Numbered from the stretch's first letter, positions 19,950-31,875 are shown. The stretch is DNA of 64,000 nucleotides from an uncultured Planctomycetaceae bacterium (GCA_963815195.1 CAWFGE010000011.1:32001-96000); one strand, 5' to 3'. The notes: generated from the letters alone by a model not told the origin. A program made the numbers and translations.

Positions 19950-21236
19950 ATGTTCGATTCACAAGCCATCACTCGGCGGAATGTGTTACAGGGGGCTTTG
20001 GGGCTGGGGGTGTCGTTTGCGTTGCCGGCTCTGGATTTGCAGGCGGCTCGGAAGCGTGGGGCGGAGCGGCCGAAGTCGCTGATCGTTTTGTGGCTGGCCG
20101 GCGGGCCGAGCCAATTGGAGACCTGGGACCCGCATCCGGGCACGAAGATCGGCGGCGAAACCAAATCCATCGCCACTAAGCTGCCGGGCGTCCGGATCGC
20201 GGACTTTTATCCTCATCTCGCCGAGGAAATCGATTGCCTGAACGTTATTCGCTCCTTGACATCGAAAGAAGGCGACCATGAGCGGGGGACGTATTTGCTG
20301 AAGACCGGTTTTCGCCCCGTGCCGAAATTGACGCACCCTGCGCTCGGGGCGGTGTTGGCCCACGAACGGCCTGCGCCGAAGCTCGAGATTCCCCAATTTG
20401 TTTCGCTGGGCGGCACAGAGTGGCCGGGCCGGGGCGGGTATTTGGGGGATGAGTACGATGCCTTCCGCATTTTCGATCCCGGCCGAAACATCCAAAACAT
20501 GCGGGCCCGGGTTCCCGAAGATCGCCATCAGCAACGGCTCAAGAACTTGGAAGTCATTTCCAACTCCTTCGCCAATCGCCGGCCGTTCGCTTCCCGGAAA
20601 ACGCTGCATCAGGAAATGATCCAGCGGGCGCTGACCATGATGAGTTCCGAGCAGCTCAATGCCTTCGAGATGGCAGGCGAACCGAAAGCCACCACCAAAG
20701 CGTATGGCGATTCGCCGTTCGGCCGCGGTTGCCTGGTGGCCCGGCGACTCGTCGAGCAGGGCGTCCGCAGCATCGAGGTGAACCTCGGCGGCTTCGACAG
20801 CCACGCCAACAACTATGAAGCCCACAAAACGAACGCCGCCATTCTTGACCCCGCCTTCGCAGCGCTCCTCAAGGATTTGAAGGAACGCGATCTGTGGGAC
20901 TCGACGGTCGTCTTGTGCATCGGCGAGTTCGGCCGCACGCCGACGATCAACCCCTTGGACGGCCGGGACCATTGGCCCAAGGGCTTTTCCTGCCTCGTGG
21001 GCGGCGGGGGAATGAAACGGGGCCAGGTCATCGGCGAAACCGACCCCACCGGCCAAAAAACCGACCCCGCCGACCCCATCGAAGTCAAAGACCTCTACGC
21101 CACGTTGCTGCACGTCTTCGGCGTCGAATACGGCAAAGAACTCCAAACCCCCATCGGCCGCCCGATGCGCTTAAGCGAAGGCCAACCGATCCGGCGACTG
21201 CTTCAGGCGAGCGGGGGGCGTAAGCCCCCTGGTTAG
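19950..21236 (+). CDS. DUF1501 protein (Tat-like signal)
   Basis: TRRNVL, LWLAGGPSQLETWDP, FGRGCLVARRLVEQGV, GEFGRTP, GRDHWP. Confidence 0.93.
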   Translation: MFDSQAITRRNVLQGALGLGVSFALPALDLQAARKRGAERPKSLIVLWLAGGPSQLETWDPHPGTKIGGETKSIATKLPGVRIADFYPHLAEEIDCLNVIRSLTSKEGDHERGTYLLKTGFRPVPKLTHPALGAVLAHERPAPKLEIPQFVSLGGTEWPGRGGYLGDEYDAFRIFDPGRNIQNMRARVPEDRHQQRLKNLEVISNSFANRRPFASRKTLHQEMIQRALTMMSSEQLNAFEMAGEPKATTKAYGDSPFGRGCLVARRLVEQGVRSIEVNLGGFDSHANNYEAHKTNAAILDPAFAALLKDLKERDLWDSTVVLCIGEFGRTPTINPLDGRDHWPKGFSCLVGGGGMKRGQVIGETDPTGQKTDPADPIEVKDLYATLLHVFGVEYGKELQTPIGRPMRLSEGQPIRRLLQASGGRKPPG

Positions 21237-21351
21237 CCATGAACGCTCAGGTTGCCGCCAATGGTTTTTGTCGTTTCAGAAACATTCGGCAATCGAATTG
21301 GGATTCACGAAACCAGGGGGCTGACGCCCGGGCTGACGCCCCCCGCTCGCC
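21206..21351. repeat. REPIN of the GGCGAGCGGGGGGCGT(A/C)AGCCCCCTGGTT family; single copies at 22272-22300 and 57742-57769
   Basis: Inverted pair 21206-21234 / 21311-21351, the latter with a 12-bp internal tandem duplication. Confidence 0.85.
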
Positions 21352-21410
21352 TTGGAAATTCCACAGACCTGAGTTTCCCCAGGGCGGCGCTCTGCTAAAA
21401 TGGCGGGGCC

Positions 21411-22268
21411 ATGAACGACTCCGCTGCTTCGCCCGCTGATTTTCCGAAAGTCCTCGCCATCGTCGGCGTGGGTTTGATCGGCGGTTCCATCGCGGCGGCG
21501 CTCAAGTCGCGGGATTTCACTGGAACCATTTGGGGCGTCGGGCGAAATCCCGATCGGCTGAAAGCCGCGATTCAAGCGGGGTTGATCGATGAGTTCGCGG
21601 AACGCGTGGAAGATGTTTTTGCCGATCTGTGGGTATTCTGCACGCCGGTGGATCGGATCGCGGCCGGTGTTTTGAGCGTTCGCGGGCAGCCGGGGAAGAC
21701 CACGTTGATCACTGACGCCGGCAGCGTGAAGCGGGCGATTTGCGAAGAGGTTCGAGGGAAACTCCCTGCGGGCGTGGAGTTTATCGGTTCGCATCCCTTG
21801 GCCGGTTCCGAAAAACGCGGCTTCGAGCATGCCGAGGCCGATTTGTTTGTCGACCGCCTGTGCGTCCTGACGCCGGATTCCTCGACATCGAAAATTGAAC
21901 TTCAAAGGCTGCGGGGCTTTTGGGAGTTTTTGGGAATGCAGGTCGTGGAGATGGACGCCGCGGCCCACGATCTGGCGCTTGCGGAAACCAGTCATCTGCC
22001 GCATTTGGTGGCGGCGGCTTTGGCGGGGACGCTTCAAGAACAAAACGCCCACCTCGCCGCCACGGGCTTTGCGGACACGACGCGCATCGCCGCGGGCGAT
22101 CCCGGGTTGTGGTCGGCGATTTTTCTCGGGAACGCGGAGGGAATCTCTCAGGCCTTGTCGCGGTTTTCCGACAGGCTCGCGGAATTTCAAAGAGCCTTGG
22201 AACAGAAAGACGCCGGGGCCTTGCAAAACCTGTTAGAACACGCCAAAACCAACCGCGACCGGCTTTGA
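21411..22268 (+). CDS. tyrA: Prephenate/arogenate dehydrogenase
   Basis: IVGVGLIGGSIA, ITDAGSVK, GSHPLAGSEKRG, SHLPH, DTTRIA. Confidence 0.9.
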   Translation: MNDSAASPADFPKVLAIVGVGLIGGSIAAALKSRDFTGTIWGVGRNPDRLKAAIQAGLIDEFAERVEDVFADLWVFCTPVDRIAAGVLSVRGQPGKTTLITDAGSVKRAICEEVRGKLPAGVEFIGSHPLAGSEKRGFEHAEADLFVDRLCVLTPDSSTSKIELQRLRGFWEFLGMQVVEMDAAAHDLALAETSHLPHLVAAALAGTLQEQNAHLAATGFADTTRIAAGDPGLWSAIFLGNAEGISQALSRFSDRLAEFQRALEQKDAGALQNLLEHAKTNRDRL

Positions 22269-22371
22269 CAAGGCGAGCGGGGGGCGTCAGCCCCCTGGTT
22301 TCATGGAATATTGAAAACCATTCATCAAACAACAACCGACAAGCCACGGACAAAAGGACAACTGACAAAGA

Positions 22372-25290
22372 ATGCTGTGGGAAGTTGAAATCCAACCGGC
22401 CGCGGGGCGGCCGGACCGGGAAGCGGAACGGGTGCTGGCGGACAGCCGGGGCTTTGGGGCCGACTCGGTTCGCCGGGTGCGGTCGGCGAAATCGTTTTTG
22501 ATCGAAGGCGATCTGGACCGGGCCGCGATCGAATCCGCCGCCGCGGGCCTCTTGGTCGATCCCGTCATCGAAACCTGGACCGCGCACCCGATCGAAGAGT
22601 CGGCCAAGCCCGATGCAATGAATGATGGCTTGCTGTTGAACGTGCTCTACAAGCCCGGCGTGACCGACAACGTGGCCCAGACCACAAAGGCGGCCCTGGC
22701 GGACCGGGGCATTCACGCCGACGCCGTCGCCACGTGCCGGAAGTATTGGATCAATCCGGACGCAGCGCCGGCCGACCGCGAACGGCTCGCCACGAAGGTG
22801 CTTTCCAACGATGCTATCGAGCGGGTCGTGTGGGGAACGCTCCGGATGAAAGCCATCTCCTTGGGCAGCCCTTATCAGTTTGAGCTGATCAAAGTCCCCA
22901 TCCGCGAAATGGACGATGCTCGTTTGGAGCAACTCAGCAAGGCCGGGCAGCTTTATTTGAATCTCACCGAGATGCAAACCATCCGGCGGCATTTTATCCA
23001 AGAGGATCGCGATCCCACGGATGTCGAACTGGAAACCCTCGCCCAAACCTGGAGCGAACATTGCTCGCATAAAACACTCGCGGGGCGGATCCATTACCGC
23101 GACGGCGAGCGGGAACTTCAGTTCGAGAACATGCTGAAGGAAACCATCTTCGCGGCGACCGTGAGCATTCGCGAGCAGTTGGCCGAGGATGATTGGTGCG
23201 TGAGCGTGTTCAAGGACAACGCGGGCATCGTGCGGTTCGATGAGAAGCAGAACGTGTGCTTCAAGGTCGAAACGCACAACCATCCCTCGGCTCTCGAACC
23301 CTACGGCGGAGCCAACACCGGCTTGGGCGGCGTGATCCGCGATCCCTTGGGCACCGGTTTGGGGGCCCGGCCGATCTGCAATACCGACGTGTTTTGCTTC
23401 GCCCCGCCGGAGACGAGCTATGACGATTTGCCGCCGGGCGTTTTGCATCCGAAGATCGTTGCCCGCGGCGTGGTGGCGGGCGTGCGGGACTACGGCAACC
23501 GCATGGGCCTGCCCACCGTCAACGGGGCCGTGTATTTCGATTCCCGCTATCTCGGCAATCCGCTCGTCTATTGCGGCAACGTGGGCATGATCCCCGTGGA
23601 CAAGTGCGAAAAGCATCTCTCGCCGGGCGATTTGATTGTCGCGGTCGGCGGGCGGACGGGACGCGACGGCATCCACGGGGCGACGTTTTCCTCGGCCGAG
23701 CTGACCGAAGAAAGCGAAACGCTCTCCGGTGGAGCGGTGCAGATCGGAAATGCCGTCACCGAAAAGATGGTGCTCGACGTGATCCTCGCCGCGCGGGATC
23801 GCGGGTTGTATTCGGCCATCACCGATTGCGGGGCCGGAGGTTTCAGCAGTGCCGTCGGCGAGATGGGTGAACACACCGGAGCCGAGGTCTGGTTGGATAA
23901 AGCCCCGCTCAAATATGCCGGGCTGTCGTACGCGGAGATTTGGATCTCCGAAGCCCAGGAGCGGATGGTGCTCGCCGTCCCGCCCGCGAACTGGGAGGCG
24001 TTTCAAACCCTCTGCCAAAGCGAGGAGGTGGAAGCCACCGTCATCGGAAAGTTCACCGAAACCAAGCGGCTGGTTTTAAAATACCACGACGCGTGTGTGG
24101 GCGATTTGTCGATGGAGTTCCTGCACGACGGCCGGCCGCCGATCGTCCGGCAGGCGGTGTATCAGGCTCCGGAGCCGACGCCGATGTCTATCCCGAAGAA
24201 GGGCCGCTACGACGAGGATTTGAAGAAAATTCTGGGTTCGCTCAACGTGTGCAGCAAGGAGTGGATCATCCGGCAGTACGATCACGAAGTGCTCGCGGGC
24301 AGCGTGGTGAAACCTCTGGTCGGGGCGGCAAGCGACGGGCCGTCCGATGCAGCGGTCGTCCGGCCGGATCTGAAATCCTCGCGCGGCCTCGTGATTGCCT
24401 GCGGCATGAATCCCCGCTTGGGGGATCTCGATCCGTATTGGATGGCGGCGTCGGCGATTGACGAAGCGGTGCGGAACTGCGTCGCCGTCGGTGCGGACCC
24501 GGAGCGGATTGCGATCCTCGACAACTTCTGCTGGGGCAACACCGACAAGCCCGAAACCCTCGGCAGCCTGGTGCGCGCGGCGCTCGCCTGCCAGGAAACG
24601 GCGATCGCCTTTCAAACGCCGTTCATCAGCGGCAAAGACAGCTTGTACAACGAGTTTTCCTACGTCGATCAAACCGGCAACCGGCAAACGGTGGCGATCC
24701 CGCCGTCGCTGCTGATTAGTGCCCTCGGTCAGATTGAAAATATCGAAGAGGCGGTGACGATGGATCTCAAATCGCCCGGCAATCGCTTGTTCCTCGTGGG
24801 TGCCACGAAAGCCGAACTCGGCGGCAGCCATTGGGCGATGGTCAATCATCTCGAAGGCGGCGACGTCCCGCAGGTCGATCTCAAAACGGCCCCCCAAATC
24901 TTCGCGGCGGCGCATCGGGCGATTCGTGCGGGCTCTGTGCGGAGTTGCCACGACTTGAGCGAAGGCGGACTGGCGGTCGCGATCGCGGAGATGGCGTTCG
25001 CGGGCGAATGGGGCGTGGAGATTTCGCTCGATCTTCTTGCGAAAGCGTCAGGGATTTCCGATGCGGGCACATTGCTCTTCGCGGAAAGCAACACCCGGTT
25101 TGTGATGGAAGTCCCGCCGGCCTCTTTGGAAGAGTTCAAGGCCCACTTCGCGGATCTGCCGATTGTGGAATTGGGCACTGTCACCGAAGGCGAGCGCGTT
25201 CGCATTTCGGGAACGGCGGGGAATCCGCTGGTGGAGGCTATGTGGAGCGAACTCAAAGCCGCCTGGCAAAAGCCGCTGCATTGGGATTAG
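22372..25290 (+). CDS. purL: Phosphoribosylformylglycinamidine synthase PurL with N-terminal PurS-like domains
   Basis: [45 protein letters not shown]. Confidence 0.96.
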   Translation: MLWEVEIQPAAGRPDREAERVLADSRGFGADSVRRVRSAKSFLIEGDLDRAAIESAAAGLLVDPVIETWTAHPIEESAKPDAMNDGLLLNVLYKPGVTDNVAQTTKAALADRGIHADAVATCRKYWINPDAAPADRERLATKVLSNDAIERVVWGTLRMKAISLGSPYQFELIKVPIREMDDARLEQLSKAGQLYLNLTEMQTIRRHFIQEDRDPTDVELETLAQTWSEHCSHKTLAGRIHYRDGERELQFENMLKETIFAATVSIREQLAEDDWCVSVFKDNAGIVRFDEKQNVCFKVETHNHPSALEPYGGANTGLGGVIRDPLGTGLGARPICNTDVFCFAPPETSYDDLPPGVLHPKIVARGVVAGVRDYGNRMGLPTVNGAVYFDSRYLGNPLVYCGNVGMIPVDKCEKHLSPGDLIVAVGGRTGRDGIHGATFSSAELTEESETLSGGAVQIGNAVTEKMVLDVILAARDRGLYSAITDCGAGGFSSAVGEMGEHTGAEVWLDKAPLKYAGLSYAEIWISEAQERMVLAVPPANWEAFQTLCQSEEVEATVIGKFTETKRLVLKYHDACVGDLSMEFLHDGRPPIVRQAVYQAPEPTPMSIPKKGRYDEDLKKILGSLNVCSKEWIIRQYDHEVLAGSVVKPLVGAASDGPSDAAVVRPDLKSSRGLVIACGMNPRLGDLDPYWMAASAIDEAVRNCVAVGADPERIAILDNFCWGNTDKPETLGSLVRAALACQETAIAFQTPFISGKDSLYNEFSYVDQTGNRQTVAIPPSLLISALGQIENIEEAVTMDLKSPGNRLFLVGATKAELGGSHWAMVNHLEGGDVPQVDLKTAPQIFAAAHRAIRAGSVRSCHDLSEGGLAVAIAEMAFAGEWGVEISLDLLAKASGISDAGTLLFAESNTRFVMEVPPASLEEFKAHFADLPIVELGTVTEGERVRISGTAGNPLVEAMWSELKAAWQKPLHWD

Positions 25291-25293
25291 CCC

Positions 25294-25545
25294 AAAGTCG
25301 CCCTTCGCTCCGCGAAGGCAGCGAGACGAAGAGTAATCCCGCAATCATAGCGCTGTTTGCAAAAACCATCAAATGGGCAATCCGCGACGTTCGCGGAGCG
25401 GCTGTGATTTTTTCCGCGGTGGCTCCAACTGCCGACTGGACGCCGAGCCGGCTATTGGGGGCGGCTAGAAGCCGCCGCGACGATCACGTTTTCGCGCTAC
25501 CATCGCGGAGCGATGGGCGACTTTCGCGGAGCGAACGGCGACTTT
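25294..25545. repeat. REPIN-like inverted pair (AAAGTCGCC.TTCGCTCCGCGAA family)
   Basis: 25294-25319 and 25520-25545 are near reverse complements, between convergent genes. Confidence 0.75.
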
Positions 25546-25611
25546 CTCTCTTAATCTCTCACGGGGGCCTCAATGATTTTGGGCGGTTGGTAGCCGGGTT
25601 TCCAGTCTTCG

Positions 25612-26631
25612 TCATTTCTGACTATCCGGAACGGGAGGCGATTTCGGCGTCGCGGCGTTCTCCAAATTGAGGGGCCCCCAAATCGTGAGGTCCACCGGCT
25701 CTCCGGTGTCGAGGAAGACTTTGCCTTTCACCCGCTCCAGGACCTCCGCGACCGTCTGATAATAATAGCGTTCCAAGGCGAGCCGGCGGGCCGCGGAGCG
25801 GGCGTTTGCGTCCGGGGAATGCGGATCGTGAAATTCCTGGATGATCTGCAAGAAGCGGGCGGCCGATCCATTCGCGGCTTGCAAGGTTTCGCGGGCTTCG
25901 CTCTCCGCGGCATCGCGGATTTCGCGGGCGTCGGCTTCGGCGGACCGGCGGCGCTGATCGGCCGACGACAGCGCCATTTGAATCAACTGCTCCCGCTCCG
26001 CCCGCGCATTGGCCACGTCCAAAAAGTCCGCCTTGACCTGCACCGGCGGGGAAATCTCTTCCAACGAAACATCGTCGATCACCAGTCCCAACCGCTGGGC
26101 GTCGGCCCGCCGCTGGAGCCGATCGGCGAGCATTCGCCTGAGTTCGGAGATCCCCGACACCTGCACGAAGTCCACGCCACTCTCGGCGAATCGCTCCGCG
26201 GCGACGGCTTCCGTGGAAGCAGCCAGCCGATTTTCGATCGAATCCGAACCGAAGAAAAACTCCTCGACGCCGGCTTCGGCGATGCGGTATTGCACGGCCA
26301 GCCGCACGTTGAGCAGGTTCTTATCGCCCGTCAAAAACACGAGCTCTCGGGGTGCCCCATCTCCCAGTAAAAGCGACTCGTCGTTCGCGCGGGAATCGCC
26401 CGCGGGAATTTCGAGCGTGCGGACTTCGTTGAGGTTCACGCGGTCCACTTGCGAGATCGGCCAAGGCCAATCGAAGTGCAACCCGTTTCCATAAAGCACG
26501 AGCGAGCCGTCGTCCTGGCGAACCGCCCGCCCGCACCGCCGCACGACCGCCCGTTCGTTGCTGCCCACAATGGAAACCGCCGTGAGCAGCCACACGGCAA
26601 CGAGAGCCAGGATGATTTTGAGAAAACGCAT
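25612..26631 (-). CDS. SPFH/band-7 protein, HflK-like
   Basis: N-terminal TM, ERAVVRRCG, GLHFDWPWPI, LTGDKNLLNV, SPPVQVKADF. Confidence 0.85.
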   Translation of the reverse strand: MRFLKIILALVAVWLLTAVSIVGSNERAVVRRCGRAVRQDDGSLVLYGNGLHFDWPWPISQVDRVNLNEVRTLEIPAGDSRANDESLLLGDGAPRELVFLTGDKNLLNVRLAVQYRIAEAGVEEFFFGSDSIENRLAASTEAVAAERFAESGVDFVQVSGISELRRMLADRLQRRADAQRLGLVIDDVSLEEISPPVQVKADFLDVANARAEREQLIQMALSSADQRRRSAEADAREIRDAAESEARETLQAANGSAARFLQIIQEFHDPHSPDANARSAARRLALERYYYQTVAEVLERVKGKVFLDTGEPVDLTIWGPLNLENAATPKSPPVPDSQK

Positions 26632-26712
26632 CGGGCGGAAAAGTCGAGTGGAGAAATTCGAGACACGAATTCTACCACGAGGTCCGTGTTGCGTCATGTC
26701 GCGGAGCCCGAT

Positions 26713-27663
26713 TTAATTGCACTCGGCCACCAAGGGGCCGGCGAGTTCTTTCAGGAAGTACAACCGGCCCGGCTGCGTGGGCATGTACGTGGACGGGATC
26801 CAGGGCGTGGGTTCGTGGCGGAGCGTCATCCACAGGCTGAGTCCTTGCCACATCATGCCCCGGCCCAACGCTCCGTCCGCGCCGCCGATGATCGAATCCG
26901 CATTCAAAAACAGCCCCGGCCCGATCGTGTTCGCATACGCGGGGACCAAGGTGGTCCGGCTTTTGAAGCTCGTGATCGCGTTTTGCTCGACGGTGAGCGG
27001 ATGCAGCTTCGCGCCGATGCGGTGCGTCTGCTGTTTCCACTCGGCTTCGCTTTCGTACTCGCCCGCGAACTGCGGCTCCCAAAATGCGATGTGGCACACC
27101 CGCCCGATCCCGAAGATCACCGTCAGCTTGCCGCCGGCCGCCCGCAATTCGCCGATGCGGTCCCCGTAGGTCGGCAGCTTGTCTTTCGTGCCGAAGTGCC
27201 GCTGACTTTCGGGCACGGTGAGTGAACCCAAGGGGCCGTAAAAAGCCTGCTCCATCGCGTTTTGAAACGCCCCCGGATCGGTCGCCGGCAGCGTGTTGCC
27301 TCGGGCGTCGCTCCACTCATCCATGTTGAACCCGTGGACGTGGTCGCAGGGCACGTTCCACTCTTTCAGAAAATACACCGCCCAGCGGTACATGCCCATC
27401 GGCCCGACCGGCAGAATCAGCACCGCTTTCTCGCCCGCCTCCCGACGCCGGCGGATGGTGTGCGCGATCTCGTGGCCCATGAAGGTGTCAAAATCCGCCA
27501 CCGACTCGCAGGGCACCGGCTCGAACTGCGGATGCCACCACGATTGGCGATCCGTGACCGATTGGGGATTGTCATCGACGCATCCGTCAATCTTCGCCAG
27601 GTCCCAACCGGCAGGATAAAAGCCTTCCATCAACGAACCGGGAAGCGTGTTGAGCAAATCCAT
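26713..27663 (-). CDS. Glucosamine-6-phosphate isomerase/deaminase-family protein
   Basis: [26 protein letters not shown]. Confidence 0.8.
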   Translation of the reverse strand: MDLLNTLPGSLMEGFYPAGWDLAKIDGCVDDNPQSVTDRQSWWHPQFEPVPCESVADFDTFMGHEIAHTIRRRREAGEKAVLILPVGPMGMYRWAVYFLKEWNVPCDHVHGFNMDEWSDARGNTLPATDPGAFQNAMEQAFYGPLGSLTVPESQRHFGTKDKLPTYGDRIGELRAAGGKLTVIFGIGRVCHIAFWEPQFAGEYESEAEWKQQTHRIGAKLHPLTVEQNAITSFKSRTTLVPAYANTIGPGLFLNADSIIGGADGALGRGMMWQGLSLWMTLRHEPTPWIPSTYMPTQPGRLYFLKELAGPLVAECN

Positions 27664-27743
27664 GAGTCGTCCTTCAATTGAGAGCCGCGAGCTTTGCGAG
27701 ATTCGGATTTCGGATTAACCGGCGCGGAACCACACATCGTGAT

Positions 27744-28163
27744 TTAACCGTCCATGCCGGGGTGGACCCATTCGGTGCTGCCGTCGGCCCAGTTTTCTTT
27801 TTTCCAGATGGGCACGAGAACTTTCAGCTCATCGATCAAAAACTGCCCGGCTTCGAAGGCCTGGCTTCGATGCGGGCAGCTCACCGCGACCGCCACGCTG
27901 ATGTCGCCCAGCTCCAGATGCCCCAGGCGGTGGACGATGCCTGCTTTGTCGATCGGCCATTTTTGCTCCGCGGCCGCGATGAGTTCCGCCATCTTCGCCT
28001 CGGCCATTTCGGGGAAGGCCTCGTAATCCAAAGCGGCCGTTCGCCGGCCCGCGGTCATCTCCCGCACCGTGCCCAAAAATAGCACCACCGCCCCCGACTG
28101 GGAAGACCGCACCCCCTCGGTGAGGGCCGTGTAATCGATCGGGTCTCGCGTGAGTTCAATCAT
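27744..28163 (-). CDS. moaE: Molybdopterin synthase catalytic subunit
   Basis: GAVVLFLGTVR, LDYEA, HRLGHL, PHRSQAFEA, VPIWKKE. Confidence 0.95.
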   Translation of the reverse strand: MIELTRDPIDYTALTEGVRSSQSGAVVLFLGTVREMTAGRRTAALDYEAFPEMAEAKMAELIAAAEQKWPIDKAGIVHRLGHLELGDISVAVAVSCPHRSQAFEAGQFLIDELKVLVPIWKKENWADGSTEWVHPGMDG

Positions 28164-28197
28164 CTTTGTGGATCATGCCAGATTCGGGAAATGGGCT

Positions 28198-28582
28198 TTA
28201 ACGCAAAGACGCAAAGGCCGCAAAGAACATTAGGATTGCTCGATCAATAATTGTGGCATTTATTCCGGAATCGCGAAGCGATGGCAGCAGATAGCCTTGG
28301 GCGTAAGCCCAAGGATCTCAGCCAAAAGAAACAGGAAAGCCGCGAAGCGGCGACAGCAGGAGCCGTCGCGCCGTCACTTGAGATTTGCTGCCGCCGCTTC
28401 GCGGCTCTCGACTGTTTTTGTCCTGTTTCCGTGGGCTTACGCCCACGGCTACATGCTACCGTCGCTTCGCGACTCCGGAAATGCGCAACTTCAAAGCTTG
28501 CGCTTCGGGCCGATAAAACTGCGGAGAAACTTACGATGAAGGGCGTTATCATGTACGTCTTCCTCGGCGTCTTTGCGTTAAA
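28198..28582. repeat. Nested repeat element: outer ACGCAAAG-type inverted repeats around a ~230-bp multi-hairpin GGGCGTAAGCCC element
   Basis: ttccggaatcgcgaagcgatggcagc...gggcgtaagccc pairs with gggcttacgccc...cgtcgcttcgcgactccggaa; outer ttaacgcaaagacgc / gcgtctttgcgttaa. Confidence 0.8.
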
Positions 28583-28595
28583 AACGAAGATGCTT

Positions 28596-28847
28596 TCAGC
28601 CCCCACTGACCGGCGGAAAACACGCGGCTTGCCTGTGGCTGGCGATCGGCGTGTTGTCGTCGGCGTAGTCGGTGCCGAGGGCGATCAACAGGCTTTGTAT
28701 GTGCGGCTCCAGTTTCGGATAGCTCTCGGCGAGCGCAAACCTGAGATCGCCGACGGTGGCGGAGTCCGCCAAGCTCAATGACACCTTCTCGGTGCCGGCG
28801 AGGTCGCGGGCGCGGGCGAACAGCGTGACATCAATCGTAACGGTCAT
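28596..28847 (-). CDS. moaD: Molybdopterin synthase sulfur carrier
   Basis: VTLFARARDLAG...FPPVSGG; ATGA overlap with the upstream gene. Confidence 0.9.
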   Translation of the reverse strand: MTVTIDVTLFARARDLAGTEKVSLSLADSATVGDLRFALAESYPKLEPHIQSLLIALGTDYADDNTPIASHRQAACFPPVSGG

Positions 28848-31832
28848 GAGACGGTCAGTTTTCCGGTGGTGCGTTGGAGTTTGTTGGCGATCTGGGGCAT
28901 GAGGCCGTAACTGTAGGCCAGCAGCTTGAGGGGATGCAGCGTGGGGATCGTCGTGCCTTGCTCCATCTGGATTTTGCAGCTTGCGCATTCGGTGGTGCCG
29001 ATGGTGAGGTCGCCGTCCCGCATGCGGGAGATCAACCCCCAGCCGAGCTTGATCGAGGTTTGATAATTCTCGCTGGTCAGGCCATAAGCCCCGGCCATGC
29101 CCGAGCAGCCGCCGTCGATTGTAGAGAGCCTTAAATCGGGAATCAAAGCCAAGAGCCTCGCCAGCGAGGAACTCCCCGACATAGCTTTCAGATGGCAGGG
29201 GGTATGATAGCCCGCGTCGAGCGCCAACGAGGCGAAGTCCGTTTTCAGCCCGCCTCGCTTGTGCAGGTTTTCGAGGAACAACCCCGCTTCGATCGTTTGA
29301 TCCGCCACCGAGCTGCACGTCGGGGTGATTGAGCAGCATCGGATATTCCTGCTTCAAACACAGGGCCGCCGACGGTTCGGTGCACAGGATCGGAATGCCT
29401 TCGCGGGCGTAATCGCCGAGCACGCGGAGATTCGTCTGGGCGACTTCGCGGGCGGCGTCCAAATCGCCGGCGGAAATCATCGCCATTCCCGACGAGGTCT
29501 GGCCGCGAGGCACGATCACGGGAATGTCGTGATGCCTTAAGATGGCGACGAGCGCCTGCGACAGCTCGGGATCGTAGTAGTTCGCATAATCGCCGACGAA
29601 ATACACGACCGGCTTGTTGCCGGTGGCTCCGGAGCCGGCCATTGATTCCGACCGCAGCGACCGCAAGAACGACCGCCGGGCGAACAGCGGCAGCTTGCGA
29701 TGCCGGGAGATGCCCAAGAGCTTCTCCATCAGCCAGCGGGCGGTGGGATGGCGGATCATCCAGTTCGCGGCGAAGGCCATCGTGCTGCCCACGGCTCCCA
29801 GCGAATGGGCCCGCGACAAAATCCAATCCGCCCGCGACAGGCCGTTCGCCGCCACGTAGGCGGCCTTGGCTTCGATCATCAACTGCGGGATGTTGACGTT
29901 CGTGGGGCATTCGAGCTGGCACTGCTTGCAGTTGAAGCACAAACTCGCGAGGTGCTTCATTTCGTCCGAGGCGAACTCCTCCGGCAGCATCGCCCCGGTG
30001 AGCACCCCGCGGACCACGTTCGCCTTGGAGCGCGGGCTGGCTTCTTCCACCGGGTCGATGCGGAAGAACGGGCACATCCGCAGGTCGGGCGATTGCGTCC
30101 GGCACACCGCGCAGCCGTTGCAGCGGCCGGCTTCCTCGGCCATTTCGTTCGGCGTCCAATTCAGTTGCAGTTCCACGAACTCCGGCGAGGCTTGGGCGGG
30201 CGGGCGAAAGTTCTTGGCGGTGATGTGGGCATCGTCGCTGATGATCTTGCCGGGGTTCAATAAGTTATGCGGATCGAAAATGTCCTTGACCTGCTGAAAC
30301 ACCCGGTACAACGGCCCGTACTGCGAACGGATGAACGACGTCCGCGCGAGGCCGTCGCCGTGCTCGCCGCTGATCGTCCCGCCCACGCTGCGGACCGCCT
30401 GATACAAATCGCGGGCCAGCGACTCCAGCCGGGTTCCATCCAAGGGCTGCGAAGGCGGCGGCAAGAACGGCCGCATGTGCAGCTGCCCCGAAGCCGCGTG
30501 CGCGTATAAAGACGCCGTCACCTGGTGCTTTTGAAACACCTTCTGCGACGACACCAGAAACTCGAGCATCGCCTCCGGGGGCACGGCGATGTCTTCCACG
30601 ATAGGCAGCGGACGCGACGGGCCTTTGAGCTTCGTCAACAAGGGCACGACCTTCGCCGGCAGCGACCAGAGAAAATCGACTTCCTCGGGAGTCGAAGCTT
30701 CATGGGCGACGACGACCCGCAGGTTGATTTCGCGGACCGTCGCGACCACCATCCGCAGCCGGTCCCGGACTTGCTTTTCACTGGAGCCGAGCTGCTCGAC
30801 CAACACCGCGGCCTCCGCCGCCGGGGAGATCAATTCCCCAAACCGCGGGTCGGCTTCGCGCGCGAGCGTCAACAGCCGGCGGTCCATCAAATCGCAGGCG
30901 CTCGGCTGCAGGCGGGCGATCTGCTGCACGCTGCGGATTGCCCCTTCGAGTTGCCCGAACAACAACAACACCACGCCGCGATGCGCGGGCAGCGGAGCCG
31001 TGTGCAACGTCGCCGCGGTCCATAATCCCAATGTGCCTTCCGAACCGACCAGAAGCCGCGGGAGGTTCAAATGCGTCTCGGAGAGCACCCCCCGCAGCAT
31101 GTAGCCGCAAGAGTTTCGGATCAAAGCCGGCTGGCGTTCGCGGATGAGCTGTTCATTGTCGGCGAGCAGCCGCGACAGCCGGCTGACGAGATTCCGCTTG
31201 ACCGCGAACGCCGACTCGCCGTCGTCCGGCCCGGATTCGGTTCCCGGGCGAACGGCCGAGCGCTGGGGCGGCGGGGTTCTGAGCATCTCCAGAGGTTCCA
31301 CGCCGGCTTCAAACACCTGCCCGCCGGCCAACACGACTTCCAGGCTTTCGACGTGATCCCGCATCGACCCGACGCGGACCGCATGCGAACCCGCAGCGTC
31401 CACGCCCAGCATTCCGCCCACGGTCGTCACGCTCGTGTTGCTGGGATCGGGCGGAAAATATCGGCCGTGCGGACGCAGCAAATGGTTGAGCCGGTCCCGC
31501 ACGATGCCCGGCTGCACGCGGATGGTCTCCTCGTTGATCGATTCCACCCGCCGCATCGAGCGGGAGAAGTCCACGATCAATCCCGACCCCAAAACCGACC
31601 CCGCCAAGCCGCTGCCGGCCCCGCGGGGAATCAAAGGAATCCCCATCTCGGCGGAATACTTGGCCAGCGTGACCACATCTTCGCGGTTCTGCGGATAGGC
31701 GACGCCGAAGGGCGGGATCTGATAGAGGCTCGCATCGCTGGCGTACATCTGCACGGCGAGCGCATCGCAGCGAATCTCGCCCGCGAGCAAGCCCGTGAGA
31801 TCTTCCATCATCCGCCGGCGCTGTTCGTCCAC
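28844..31832 (-). CDS. FAD-linked, Fe-S oxidoreductase (GlcD/GlcF-type fusion), frameshift near 29310
   Basis: PRGAGSGLAG, GSEGTLG, ISGEHGDG, LLNPGKI, CNGCAVC, CFNCKQCQLECP, YHTPCH, CSGMAG, TECASC. Confidence 0.9.
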
Positions 31833-31875
31833 TGTGGGAATTTACCAATGAATGAGAAAAGGTGACGTGCGAAAC

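Noticed and set aside
22372..22900. PurS-like extension on PurL as a novelty
   Set aside because: PurS-PurL fusions are already known in several bacterial lineages
21781..24018. Long antisense or alternate-frame ORFs (e.g. 745 aa here, 648 aa at 56490-58436, 540 aa at 17943-19565)
   Set aside because: Shadows of real genes in high-GC DNA; no recognisable motifs
28596..31832. Apparent 1078 aa oxidoreductase-MoaD fusion
   Set aside because: A frameshift near 29310 moves the true C-terminus into ORF 28844-29308; moaD has its own ATG overlapping that stop
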